Shown one piece after another: positions 51,921 to 61,158 of a stretch of DNA of 64,000 nt. The position numbers and the translations under genes were made by a program. The notes below the pieces were generated by a model. The model saw only the letters and a program-made list of their open reading frames with translations, was not told the DNA's origin and searched no databases. How positions within the stretch are numbered: the stretch's first letter is position 1; the number at the start of each line of letters is the position of its first letter. This DNA comes from Actinobacteria bacterium UBA7524 (GTDB taxonomy: Bacteria; Actinomycetota; Coriobacteriia; Anaerosomatales; UBA912), in contig DLMY01000009.1 of NCBI GenBank assembly GCA_002478275.1, positions 3,161-67,160 on the forward strand. Direction: 5' to 3'.

Positions 51921-53771
51921 CTAGTGACCGCCGCTCGAGAACATGGTGCCGACCTTGTCGGTACCCATCTCGCGCTCGTGGCGCTCATGAGCGGTACCGT
52001 GGATCCGCATCCAGATCTCGTCCACGTTCTTGGGCAACTGGCCATCGAGCTTGCTCACGACGATGATCGTGAGCAGTGCAGCCGGGAAGGTGAACAGTGT
52101 CGGGAAGGTCAGACTGCCAAGGAAGGACAGCGTCCCTTCAGCCGGCAGATTTCCGAGCTGCTTGAGGATGTTCATGATGATGAAGAAGAAGGAACCCAGG
52201 CCGCCGACGAGCATTCCCGCGATGGCACCTCTTTCGGTGGTCTGCTTCCACCAGATACCGGTGAGTAGCATCGGCACGAACGCTCCTGCACCTACGGCGA
52301 ATGCCCATGTGACCATCATCGCGATGAGCGCGGGGTAGGCCTTGTCCAGACCGACGGCCGGGATGCCCAGGCCGATACCGAGCGCTACGAGAGCGAAGAA
52401 CAGTACGGATGCCTTTCCGACGAACACCTTGCGGAGTTCGGGCGCGTCGGGGTTGACGTACTTCTCGTACACGTCATGACCGATCGCCGAGGCAGCAGCG
52501 ATCAGCAAGCCGCCTGTGGTCGAGAACATCGCGGCGAACGCACCGGCCGCTACGGCACCCATCAGCCACTCGCCACCAAGGATCTGAGCGAGCGTGGGCA
52601 TGATCGCATCGGATTTGAGCAGTAGCCCGTCTACGTAGGCGGCATTGATTGGAGCCGTGCCCGCTCGCCACGCATTGTCGATTATCTGTCTGCCTGCAAG
52701 ACCTGCGATGGGTGCCAGGATGTAGAACGTTCCGATGAAGACCAACACCCAGAAGGTCGACCGTCGCGCCGCCGAACCAGACGGGTTGGTGTAGTAGCGG
52801 TTCAGGATGTGCGGAAGACCCGCCGTACCCAAGACGAGCGCAAGCACCATGGAGAACTGGTTGAAGGCGTCATAGCGGTGACCCGGCTCGTTGAAGAACA
52901 TCTCGCGCAACGTATGGAGCTTGTTCTTGGCTGGAAGGAGTACTCCAGCAGTCGCCTCCGGATCGCCGGCATCCACGACTTCCTGAACACTCTCGAACGC
53001 CTCAGGGCTCATGGCCGACTCGGCAGCCGCAAGCATCGCACCATCGTCGGCAGTGAGCTCTGCGACGGTGGCCGTCTTGACGTCACGGTGCTGCTCGTGA
53101 GTGACCTCATTGAGTGCCTTCGGGTAACTGAAGTTGCCTGCGAAGAACGCGAACACGCACACCAGGAACATGGCCGTCCACAACCACCAGAACTGGAAGA
53201 TCTGGTTGAGCGTGGTTCCCTTCATGCCGCCGACCATGACGTAGAACATGATGATCAGGCCCACGATGATAACGCCGGTATTGTACGGAGAGAGTCCGAA
53301 CAGCCCGGCGCCGACCAGGACGGTCCACGTGGTCCCGGCACCGTACATCTGTGGGGCCATGTAGAACAGGCTCGTAAGAAGCACCATGACAACGGTGACC
53401 AACCTGATGCGGTCGGACCCGAAGCGCCCGTATGCGAAGTCGGCGACGGTGTACTCTCCGAAACGCCTGAGGGCAGACGCGATGAACAGCACCACGACGA
53501 TGAACCCGCCGGCAAACCCTGCCGCGTACCACACGCCGTCGAGGCCCGATGCATACACCGCTGCCGCAACACCGAGGAACGAGGCCGCCGACAGGTAGTC
53601 ACCGGAGATGGCCGATGCGTTCGCGATCGTGCCGACCTTGCGTCCGGCGAGATAGAAGTCCGCAGTGGTACGAGTGAAGCGACGTACGAAGATGGCCAGG
53701 CCGACCGTGAATACCGTCAAGCCGATGACCATGATGATAGCTATGACATTCAGGTTTCCCACGTCACTCAC
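51921..53771 (-). CDS. actP: Cation/acetate symporter ActP (SSS family)
   Basis: AISGDYLSAASFLG, GGMKGTT, GTAGLPHIL, AFAAMFST. Confidence 0.88.
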   Translation of the reverse strand: MSDVGNLNVIAIIMVIGLTVFTVGLAIFVRRFTRTTADFYLAGRKVGTIANASAISGDYLSAASFLGVAAAVYASGLDGVWYAAGFAGGFIVVVLFIASALRRFGEYTVADFAYGRFGSDRIRLVTVVMVLLTSLFYMAPQMYGAGTTWTVLVGAGLFGLSPYNTGVIIVGLIIMFYVMVGGMKGTTLNQIFQFWWLWTAMFLVCVFAFFAGNFSYPKALNEVTHEQHRDVKTATVAELTADDGAMLAAAESAMSPEAFESVQEVVDAGDPEATAGVLLPAKNKLHTLREMFFNEPGHRYDAFNQFSMVLALVLGTAGLPHILNRYYTNPSGSAARRSTFWVLVFIGTFYILAPIAGLAGRQIIDNAWRAGTAPINAAYVDGLLLKSDAIMPTLAQILGGEWLMGAVAAGAFAAMFSTTGGLLIAAASAIGHDVYEKYVNPDAPELRKVFVGKASVLFFALVALGIGLGIPAVGLDKAYPALIAMMVTWAFAVGAGAFVPMLLTGIWWKQTTERGAIAGMLVGGLGSFFFIIMNILKQLGNLPAEGTLSFLGSLTFPTLFTFPAALLTIIVVSKLDGQLPKNVDEIWMRIHGTAHERHEREMGTDKVGTMFSSGGH

Positions 53772-54141
53772 CTCCCGCCACGTTCACCGCTGTCGCCGCA
53801 GCGATCTCATCGGCCATATGGGACAGACGCTCGTCCAAAGCGTCGGCCTTCTTGATGTACGTGTAGCTCAATCCCCACAAGAACACGTAGTACAGCAGGG
53901 ACACGAACAGGTAGTTGAGCGTGAATCCGCCCCAGACCGGATTCGCATACCAGCCTTCCCACCAGACCGAAAAAGCCGGAATGGCCAGCGTAACCGCGAA
54001 GAATATGACTCCGTAGGTGAAGCTGAGTTTGCGCTGCTCACGGAAGACCGCATCGACGCTTTCGATGGTATCTATGTGAGTACCGTGCTGGACTTGCACC
54101 CCGGACACCGTTGCTGCCGTCGTCTGTGCACTGCTCGCCAT
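53764..54141 (-). CDS. DUF485 (YjcH-like) membrane protein
   Basis: Two TM segments, YIKKADALD; overlaps the actP start. Confidence 0.85.
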   Translation of the reverse strand: MASSAQTTAATVSGVQVQHGTHIDTIESVDAVFREQRKLSFTYGVIFFAVTLAIPAFSVWWEGWYANPVWGGFTLNYLFVSLLYYVFLWGLSYTYIKKADALDERLSHMADEIAAATAVNVAGGE

Positions 54142-54223
54142 CTCCTACACCTCCTTCTCGTTCACCTGCGTCACCACTTGCCGGCGACGCATCCGTTGAT
54201 TCGGCCACCACCGGGCCACTTGC

Positions 54224-54718
54224 CTACTCGTACTTGACGACCATGACCGGGATCGGAGACCCCTTGACGACCGTTTCGGCCACAGACCCGAGCGCGATGC
54301 GCTTGATGCCCGTCCGTCCGGTGTCGCCACAGACGATCAGGTCGGCGCCCCATTCCTGCGCCGTGGCGATGATGCGCTTGGCTACGCCACCCTGGACGAT
54401 CTCAACCTCGCACGCGACACCGTTGCGCTCGCACATCGTCTTCGCGATCACGAGGCCCTTCACCGATGCGTGAACTCCTTCGAACATCTCCTCCGACATC
54501 GCTTCCTCGGGATATTCGAGAGACTCGTAACCCGTGTCCACGAAGATGGCCTTGAGCGTTGCACCGAACGTCTTGGCCATGATCACGGCATACTCGGTCG
54601 CCGCGACTGACGGCGCTGAGCCGTCTGTGGGTAGCAGAATCTTGCTGATCTCGTGGCAGACCTCACCCACGTCAGACAGTCTTACGTCCTCTGCCGCACC
54701 CTTGATGCAGACCTTCAT
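54224..54718 (-). CDS. Universal stress protein
   Basis: ILLPTDGS, ADLIVCG.TGR, LGSVAETVV; GGAGGTGA RBS. Confidence 0.92.
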   Translation of the reverse strand: MKVCIKGAAEDVRLSDVGEVCHEISKILLPTDGSAPSVAATEYAVIMAKTFGATLKAIFVDTGYESLEYPEEAMSEEMFEGVHASVKGLVIAKTMCERNGVACEVEIVQGGVAKRIIATAQEWGADLIVCGDTGRTGIKRIALGSVAETVVKGSPIPVMVVKYE

Positions 54719-54897
54719 GCGTTTCACCTCCCTGTGAGGGGACACATGCATCCCCTGATCCGCACGTGCACATGCTGAAGATACGCCCGAAACGACTGCC
54801 AAGAAACGACATCGTGGCAGGTGGGGCCTGTCAGTCGGCGTGAGGTGCGATGTGAACCGCAGATGGAGTCCTGGCGGTGTTGCAGATGCCGCTGTCA

Positions 54898-54926
54898 CCG
54901 CTCGCGGCCGCCGATGCGCCGCTCAC
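54898..54926 (+). promoter_or_regulatory. LytTR-type direct repeat CCGCTCGC-N13-CCGCTCAC upstream of usp-DUF485-actP
   Basis: 21-bp period; same core as the repeat at 16712-16740; adjacent to the lytS/lytTR genes. Confidence 0.55.
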
Positions 54927-54977
54927 CGCCGATAGAGCACCGTCGGAGTGGGCACAGGAGTGCCGGCGGGCGGACTC

Positions 54978-55478
54978 TCAGTCCAGTCGGGCCACCTGCA
55001 CGGTCGGCGCAGAGTCGCCCGCGAGCTGGATGAAGGCCACCGTTCGGCCCTCTGGACCCCGCGGACGAGAAGCGGAACCCGGATTGACCACGAGCAGCTC
55101 CCGGGCACGACCGACTGCTGCACGACCGACTGCTGCACGATGCGTATGCCCCACAATCGCGATGTGTGCCTGATCCACTCCCGGTACTCGCCTGAGCTGG
55201 CCCGGATCGTGCACCACGGCAAGACGGACATCGCCCACGACCATCGTGGCGAACCAGTCGATGCCGGGCAGGTTCTGACTGTGATCGGTATTGCCCAGGA
55301 CCGCAGTGACGGGTGCGATGCACTCAAGCCGGTCAAGCACCTCACGGTATCCGATATCACCCGCATGGACGATTCGATCCACGACCCCGTCGAAAGCCTC
55401 AAGAACGTCGTCGCCCAGATGCCCGTGCGTGTCCGACAACACCCCGATGACAAGTGAGCGCGGAGAAGCCGGACTCAC
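54978..55478 (-). CDS. YfcE/MJ0936-family metallophosphoesterase
   Basis: SDTH, HAGD, GNTD, VVHD, GHTH, NPGS. Confidence 0.92.
   Translation of the reverse strand: MSPASPRSLVIGVLSDTHGHLGDDVLEAFDGVVDRIVHAGDIGYREVLDRLECIAPVTAVLGNTDHSQNLPGIDWFATMVVGDVRLAVVHDPGQLRRVPGVDQAHIAIVGHTHRAAVGRAAVGRARELLVVNPGSASRPRGPEGRTVAFIQLAGDSAPTVQVARLD
55105..55140. repeat. 15-bp tandem duplication inside the phosphoesterase gene
   Basis: GCACGACCGACTGCT x2 plus GCACGA; encodes RAAVG-RAAVG-RA. Confidence 0.85.
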
Positions 55479-56185
55479 AGGCCCAACGCGCGCTTGAGCG
55501 AGGGCACCCTGCGCCGCGACACGGGTATCTGCGTTCCCTGCCCGTCTTTGAGCGTAAGCAGAAGCGTCCCGCCGTACATCGGAACGACCTCACTGACCTG
55601 CGCGAGGTTCACCAGATATCGTCGGTGGACCCGGAAGAATCCACTCGGCTCGAGCTTTCGCTCGAGTTGCGCAAGGGAGATCGTGGACAGGTATCGCTCG
55701 CTGGCCGTATGCAGGTACGAATAGTCGTCCTTGGCCATGATGTAGAAGATGTCCTCGACCTGCAGAAGCAGCTTCTTCCCCGCCTTCTCCACCGGGATCC
55801 GCTCTATCCTCGTGCCCGCACTCTCTGCAGGACTCAGCCGCGCGATGGCTTGGCGCAAGCGTCCGACCTCCACCGGCTTGACGAGATAGTCCGCTGCAGC
55901 CACTTCGAACGCCTTGACCGCGTGCTCGCCGTGAGCGGTGACGAAGACTATCGCAGGTTGCCGGTCCAATTGCGTGAGCGTCTCGGCCAACTCGACGCCC
56001 GACAGGCCAGGCATGTCGATGTCGAGGAAGACGACATCGTACTTGATGGCTTCGATGAGCTGGCGGGCCTCTGTGGAATTGGATGCTTCGCCGACGACCT
56101 CGACCCCTCCCGCCTCTTCGAGCAGGAAGCGCAATTCTGAGCGCGCGGGAGCCTCATCGTCGACCACCAGCGCCTTGAGAGTCAC
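55475..56185 (-). CDS. LytTR-family response regulator
   Basis: VDDEAPAR, FLDIDMP, FVTA, FFRVHRRYLVN, VSRRR. Confidence 0.95.
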   Translation of the reverse strand: MTLKALVVDDEAPARSELRFLLEEAGGVEVVGEASNSTEARQLIEAIKYDVVFLDIDMPGLSGVELAETLTQLDRQPAIVFVTAHGEHAVKAFEVAAADYLVKPVEVGRLRQAIARLSPAESAGTRIERIPVEKAGKKLLLQVEDIFYIMAKDDYSYLHTASERYLSTISLAQLERKLEPSGFFRVHRRYLVNLAQVSEVVPMYGGTLLLTLKDGQGTQIPVSRRRVPSLKRALGL

Positions 56186-57486
56186 CGCTCACCTCCCGCC
56201 TCTAGCGGGGTCTGGACGATTCGAAATGTCACGCTTGTCCCGACGTCCTGCACACTCTCGACCTCCAGTCCCGAACCGGAGCCGAAATACCCCTTCAGTC
56301 TATCGTTTACGTTGGTGAGGGCGATACCCAGGCCCTTGCCGACTCCTGGTTCGAAGATGCGTGGAAGCTTGTGAGCGGGTATCCCCAACCCGTCGTCCTC
56401 GACCCGTAATATCAAGTCCTCACCCTCCTGGAGCGCGACGACCCTCAAATGGAGCGTCCCCTCGGCCCGCATCCCATGCTGTATCGAATTCTCCACGATG
56501 GGTTGCACGATGAAGGCGGGAACACGAACTTCGAGCACGTTAGGCTGAACTTCCTCCACGATCTCGATCCTGTCGCCGAAACGCGCCTGTTCGAACGTCA
56601 GATACGTGCGTACGTACTCGAGTTCCGAGGAAAGAGGCACGAGTTCGTCGCTCGTCTCCAGGGTTCTGCGATAGAAGCTCGCGAAATCCCGCAACAACAC
56701 GCGCGCCCGGGGCGGATCGGTCCTGATGAGCGAGGCGATGGTGTTGATGGTGTTGAACAAGAAGTGCGGGTTTATCTGCGCCTGCAGAGCCTTGAGCTCC
56801 ATCCTGCATGCCAATTCTGTCTGCCTGTCCAGTTCTGACAGTTCGAGCTGAGTGGACAGGAGCTTCGCAAGACCCTCGGCCATCGTGACCTGCGTCTCGT
56901 TGAGGAGCCTGGGAGTGGTGTAGTAGAACTTCAACGTCCCGCAGGCCTCATCGCGCATCTCCAGCGGCACCACGATCGCCGCGCGCAACAGGCAGCCCCG
57001 TTCCGGACATCCGATGTCCTCCTTCGCAGGCAGGATGCGATGTTCGTTGTGGTATATCGCCTCTCTCGTCGCCCTCGTGAGGATCGGCCCACCCACATGG
57101 TGGTGGTCCTGGCCCAAGCCCGCGAAGCCGAGGACTCTGTCCCTGTCCGTGATGGCGACCGCTGCCGCCTCTGTGTGCTCCAACGCGATCGCACAGACCG
57201 CCTGGGCGCTCTGCTCCGTCAATCCCTGTCGCAGATACGCGAGACTCTCATTGGCGACTTCGAGGATGAGATGTGACTGGAGTGCCCTCAGATGATCGGG
57301 ACGCAGAACAAAACGCATGATCACGCTGCCAAGCGCGACCGTCGCCAGCCCCAGAAGCGCCACGCCCATCAGCCAGCGCGGCTCGCTCGAGGTTATCAGC
57401 CCCCAGGCTGCGACCACCGCCAACACCGTTACGGCGAACAGCAACAACATGTCGATGACTATCGTGCGCCTGGCAGTCACTGGCAC
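56182..57486 (-). CDS. LytS/YehU-family sensor histidine kinase (2 TM + GAF)
   Basis: LQAQINPHFLFNTIN, QPIVENSIQHG, DDGLG, GIALTNV. Confidence 0.93.
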   Translation of the reverse strand: MPVTARRTIVIDMLLLFAVTVLAVVAAWGLITSSEPRWLMGVALLGLATVALGSVIMRFVLRPDHLRALQSHLILEVANESLAYLRQGLTEQSAQAVCAIALEHTEAAAVAITDRDRVLGFAGLGQDHHHVGGPILTRATREAIYHNEHRILPAKEDIGCPERGCLLRAAIVVPLEMRDEACGTLKFYYTTPRLLNETQVTMAEGLAKLLSTQLELSELDRQTELACRMELKALQAQINPHFLFNTINTIASLIRTDPPRARVLLRDFASFYRRTLETSDELVPLSSELEYVRTYLTFEQARFGDRIEIVEEVQPNVLEVRVPAFIVQPIVENSIQHGMRAEGTLHLRVVALQEGEDLILRVEDDGLGIPAHKLPRIFEPGVGKGLGIALTNVNDRLKGYFGSGSGLEVESVQDVGTSVTFRIVQTPLEAGGER

Positions 57487-57499
57487 CTCGATGGAGGAG

Positions 57500-58339
57500 T
57501 CACGTTGCGGTCTTGCAGAGCATCAACACCAGCCGTTCACTCAGTTCGGTCATTCCGGCTCGGCGATACAGCGCCCGCGATGCGATGTTGTGGTCCTGTG
57601 TGCACAGACTGACCGACCTTGCACCCTGTCGAACCAGACCACGGACCGCTTCCGCAAGCAATGCGAACCCGATACCGCGAGACCTGCTCCCGGGTGCCAC
57701 CGCAAGGCGACCGATGGTACCACTGCCCCGTTTGACCGTGGACAGAGTATAGCCGATGAGCCTGCCTTTCTCCTCGGCAACTACCATTCGCTCCTCGGCA
57801 TAAGCGGTGAGCAAGCGCCTCGGCTCGTATGCCCAGAACGGCGAAAAACACTCGGAGTCGATCTCCAGAACCTCACTGAGATCGGCTTCGATCGCCGGGC
57901 GCAGCCGGATTCCCTCGGGCGGCGCCTGCTGTTCGGGCAGCTTGCCTGTTCTGACTTCCAGCCGAAACGCGATGAGGCGCTCGTACGGCTCGAAGCCAGC
58001 TGTCTCGTAGTGCCCCGTGGTCACTTCCGCGAGGAGTGGACTGACAAGCCGTGTGAATCCACGGGCTCCACCGAGCGCTCGCACGTCGTCTATCAGGACC
58101 GGGATCATCTGCTCACGCGCCCACAGTCCACGGATCGCCAGGATGTCCAGATGGTCTCTCCAGCGCTCGACGACAGCCGCACAACCCTGTGGGCCGACCA
58201 GCAATCGCCATGGAGCATCGGCCTGGAAGCTCTCGAGCTCTTCGCGAGTCTCGAACAGATGAGCGCTCCTGACGGCGGGCCAGATCCGGTCCACTTCCGA
58301 CTCGCTGGCCGTTCGGAGATACCGCATCTTCCGGCTCAT
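57500..58339 (-). CDS. GNAT (RimI-like) acetyltransferase
   Basis: RLAVAPGSRSRGIGFALL, NIASRALYRRAG; degenerate N-terminal GNAT-like half. Confidence 0.85.
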   Translation of the reverse strand: MSRKMRYLRTASESEVDRIWPAVRSAHLFETREELESFQADAPWRLLVGPQGCAAVVERWRDHLDILAIRGLWAREQMIPVLIDDVRALGGARGFTRLVSPLLAEVTTGHYETAGFEPYERLIAFRLEVRTGKLPEQQAPPEGIRLRPAIEADLSEVLEIDSECFSPFWAYEPRRLLTAYAEERMVVAEEKGRLIGYTLSTVKRGSGTIGRLAVAPGSRSRGIGFALLAEAVRGLVRQGARSVSLCTQDHNIASRALYRRAGMTELSERLVLMLCKTAT

Positions 58340-59106
58340 AAGAGTCCTGCTTCACTGAAGCCAAGCCACGCCGCGACGAGCGCCAGAAAGACACCGAACC
58401 ACAACTGCACGTGCCTGTCCGAGGCGAGGGTCGTCAGCCTCGCTCCCAATACCGCACCCGGCACGACGCCCAGGACGAGCATCAGGGCGAGTCGGATATC
58501 TACGTGACCGAATGTCGCATGTGCAATGGTCCCGGGCACGGCCATGATGGCGACGACAAGAAGACTGGTGCCGATCGCCCGTTTGACGGGCAAGCCGAAG
58601 ATTCGGTAGAGGCCGGGAACGATGATGAGTCCCCCACCAAGACCCAGAAACCCGGAGTACAGGCCAGCCACCAGTCCGAGAGCGGCGGTACCCGCTCGAG
58701 AAGGTCTACGCGGGGAAGCCTCGGGCGCTGGCGCGATCCGCTTTCGACCAGCGGACCAGAGCATGTCACCGGCAACGTAGGCGATGAGTCCTGCGGTGAT
58801 CAACAGCACCACCCGTCCACCGACAAGCGAGGCGAACCAAGCGCCCATGGCCGCCGTGAGCGCCCCCCAGGCGCCCACCCACAGCCCCAGTCGGACATCG
58901 AGCAGTCTTGCGCGGCCGTACGACACCGCACCGGCGACGGCTGTCGGAATGATGACGAGAAGCGGCGTCCCCACAGCCACGAGTTCCGGGTAGCCGAGTA
59001 GTAGGCGGATAGCCGGCGTCGTCACGACGCCTCCACCGATACCGAAAGCACCAGACAGCGTACCGGCCACGAGGCCGACGACGGCCGCCATGAGCGGCCC
59101 GGACAC
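58336..59106 (-). CDS. TauE/SafE sulfite-exporter family membrane protein
   Basis: SGAFGIGGG..TP..AVGTPL and SGFLGLGGG..VP..AIGTSL repeats. Confidence 0.92.
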   Translation of the reverse strand: MSGPLMAAVVGLVAGTLSGAFGIGGGVVTTPAIRLLLGYPELVAVGTPLLVIIPTAVAGAVSYGRARLLDVRLGLWVGAWGALTAAMGAWFASLVGGRVVLLITAGLIAYVAGDMLWSAGRKRIAPAPEASPRRPSRAGTAALGLVAGLYSGFLGLGGGLIIVPGLYRIFGLPVKRAIGTSLLVVAIMAVPGTIAHATFGHVDIRLALMLVLGVVPGAVLGARLTTLASDRHVQLWFGVFLALVAAWLGFSEAGLL

Positions 59107-59108
59107 GG

Positions 59109-60350
59109 TCAGTCGCCTCTGATCGTGGGGAATCGCCCTGTGATCGTGGTGCGATCGACCTGTCGCTCGCCGGTGAACAGCGGCTTGAGGGCGATGTCCT
59201 CCGAGATCCTATCCATCAGCATCGGCCACCTGCGCTGGAAGTCGAAGTAGTTCTGGCAGTTCTCCAAGGCGTAGGTGGACGCATCTCTCAGAGCCACGCG
59301 CGCGATGCGGAGGTACTGACCGCCCTCCTTGCGTGAGATTCCACGCAACATGGATGTCAGCATGGCTCTCCACACCACCGACGATCCGATGAATTGGCCG
59401 GGGAACGGCATCATCGACTCCGGCGTGACCTGTCTGAGGTCGACCTGCGACTTCGCGAACTCGATCTTTCGATGTTCGTAGACGAACCGGTACACGTCTT
59501 GCCGGAAATGCAGCGCTGCATTGGAGAGTCTGGGGGGATTGTGTATCACGTGCCACTCACCATCGAGGAAGACGTCCCCACCGTGCATCCTCGCGTTGAT
59601 GACGTAATCGACGTCCTCTCCGCGCATCACCCACGGATCGAAGCTGACATTGAAGAACATGTCCCGATGCAGCGCCAGGCAGCCGCCGAACGCTATCGTG
59701 CTCGTCTGGATACGTGGTGGCGCATCGACTCCCGCCAGGGCCTGGTTGAAGGCGTCGTTCTTGCGCCAGAAGACGTCCGCCCAGTGAGGAGTACTGTGCC
59801 GCTGATGGCGTCCTTGTTCGTCAACGTAGTATCCGGACTTGGCGAGGATCATCCGGCCGTCATCGAGACGCTGGCCCAGCCCCTCCATCGCCTTTCGCAG
59901 GAAGGCGGTGTCGGTGATGATCTGGTCATCGTCGAGGAACACCGCGCTGTCGCAACCGAGTACCGCTGCGGCCATCAGTCCGACGTTGCGTACTGCTCCG
60001 TAACCGACCAGGCTCACTCCACGGATGACGTCGGCGAACTCGAGCTGCTCCAACCTGCGATGCAACGAGCCGAGCTCCGCCGGCCCGAACACGAATGCAT
60101 CGATGCCCGGAAAGTCGGCAAGTATCCTTCGGACCCTGTCTTCCGCCTGATGCTCGATGCTCGGATCCGTCGCTGCGACGATCAAGACGACCTTCCCGAG
60201 ACCCTCCACATCTTCGAGCGACCTCAGACAGTCAGGTAACGTGCCGTCGCTGTCGACGGGGGTGGGGTGGTCGTACACGGTCAGGGGATCCTCGGTGACG
60301 CGCCCCCTACGACGCGTCCAGAAAGTCGGTATGATCACGCAAGGCGTCAC
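59109..60350 (-). CDS. GT-A-fold glycosyltransferase-like protein
   Basis: VIIPT, GYGAVRN, VFLDDD, FGG, RGEDVDY; start set at a GTG with GGAAGG upstream. Confidence 0.7.
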   Translation of the reverse strand: MTPCVIIPTFWTRRRGRVTEDPLTVYDHPTPVDSDGTLPDCLRSLEDVEGLGKVVLIVAATDPSIEHQAEDRVRRILADFPGIDAFVFGPAELGSLHRRLEQLEFADVIRGVSLVGYGAVRNVGLMAAAVLGCDSAVFLDDDQIITDTAFLRKAMEGLGQRLDDGRMILAKSGYYVDEQGRHQRHSTPHWADVFWRKNDAFNQALAGVDAPPRIQTSTIAFGGCLALHRDMFFNVSFDPWVMRGEDVDYVINARMHGGDVFLDGEWHVIHNPPRLSNAALHFRQDVYRFVYEHRKIEFAKSQVDLRQVTPESMMPFPGQFIGSSVVWRAMLTSMLRGISRKEGGQYLRIARVALRDASTYALENCQNYFDFQRRWPMLMDRISEDIALKPLFTGERQVDRTTITGRFPTIRGD

Positions 60351-60433
60351 GAGCGCACCTTCCAGTTGTCTAATGCGCGGATGTCGAGCCAAGAACAGGG
60401 CCGTTAGAATGATACCGCTCTACGCCCTGCCCG

Positions 60434-61126
60434 TCAGTCATCGGCAAGATGCTCGGCGATGTTGTCCGGAGTCACGAGGCATCTGTCCACCGAGTCTTTG
60501 AGGACCGCATACGGTCGCGAGCCGGTCAACAACTCGTTACAGATGAGGGCAGCGGGTGTGCCGTCGATACCGAGATGCAGTCCAAGATGACGAAAACGGT
60601 GAAGCCGGTCGGCGTAGGCATCTTGCTCCCAGACCTCCTCGGCTTCATCCCTCGAGAGACCCTCCCTGGCAGCTACCTCGAGCAACACATCCCGCGAGCC
60701 GATGTCCTCACCGCGCCCGAAGTAGGCCCCGAAGATCGCGTGATGGACAGAGCTGTGTACTTCGGGACCTTTGTCCCTGCCGAGTTCGGAAAGGGACATC
60801 GCGAGGTGGGTCTTCGGCAAAAAGGGGGGGATGACCAGGGGGAAGCCTTCTCGAGCGGCAAGCGTGTGCAGGTGTTCCTCCACCCGTTCGGAGGCTCCGA
60901 TGGCCTGGAGTTCACTGATCTGATAACCCTCTTCGGGCATGTCCGGCCTGAGTTCGAAAGGTACGAGGAACACCTCGACGTCCCTTTCCCGCGCAAGCAT
61001 GTCGAACCGGAACTGGTCGACGTAGCAGAACGGTCAAGCGTAGTCGAAGAACACAAGTACCCTTGGGACCACCACCGATGGCTCCGGAACCGCTTTCTCG
61101 TCTGGCAGCTCGTCGGTGTGAGTCAT
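60434..61126 (-). CDS. DsbA/FrnE-family thiol-disulfide oxidoreductase, predicted selenoprotein (Sec31, UPFC)
   Basis: GGAGG RBS, ATG 61126, MTHTDE...RVLVFFDYA-TGA-PFCY continuing in frame into PFELRP...GEDIG...GIDGTPA; 230 aa. Confidence 0.85.
61001..61021 (-). promoter_or_regulatory. Candidate bacterial SECIS hairpin
   Basis: GUCGA-CC-AGUUCC-GG-U-UCGAC beginning 12 nt after the in-frame UGA; bulged U and G at the second loop position. Confidence 0.65.
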
Positions 61127-61158
61127 CCGGTACCTCCACGCCCGGACGGGACCGGGCC

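Noticed and set aside
60434-61126. DsbA pseudogene interpretation
   Set aside because: The single stop is TGA exactly at the catalytic Cys with a SECIS-like hairpin and an otherwise intact frame, so Sec recoding fits better.
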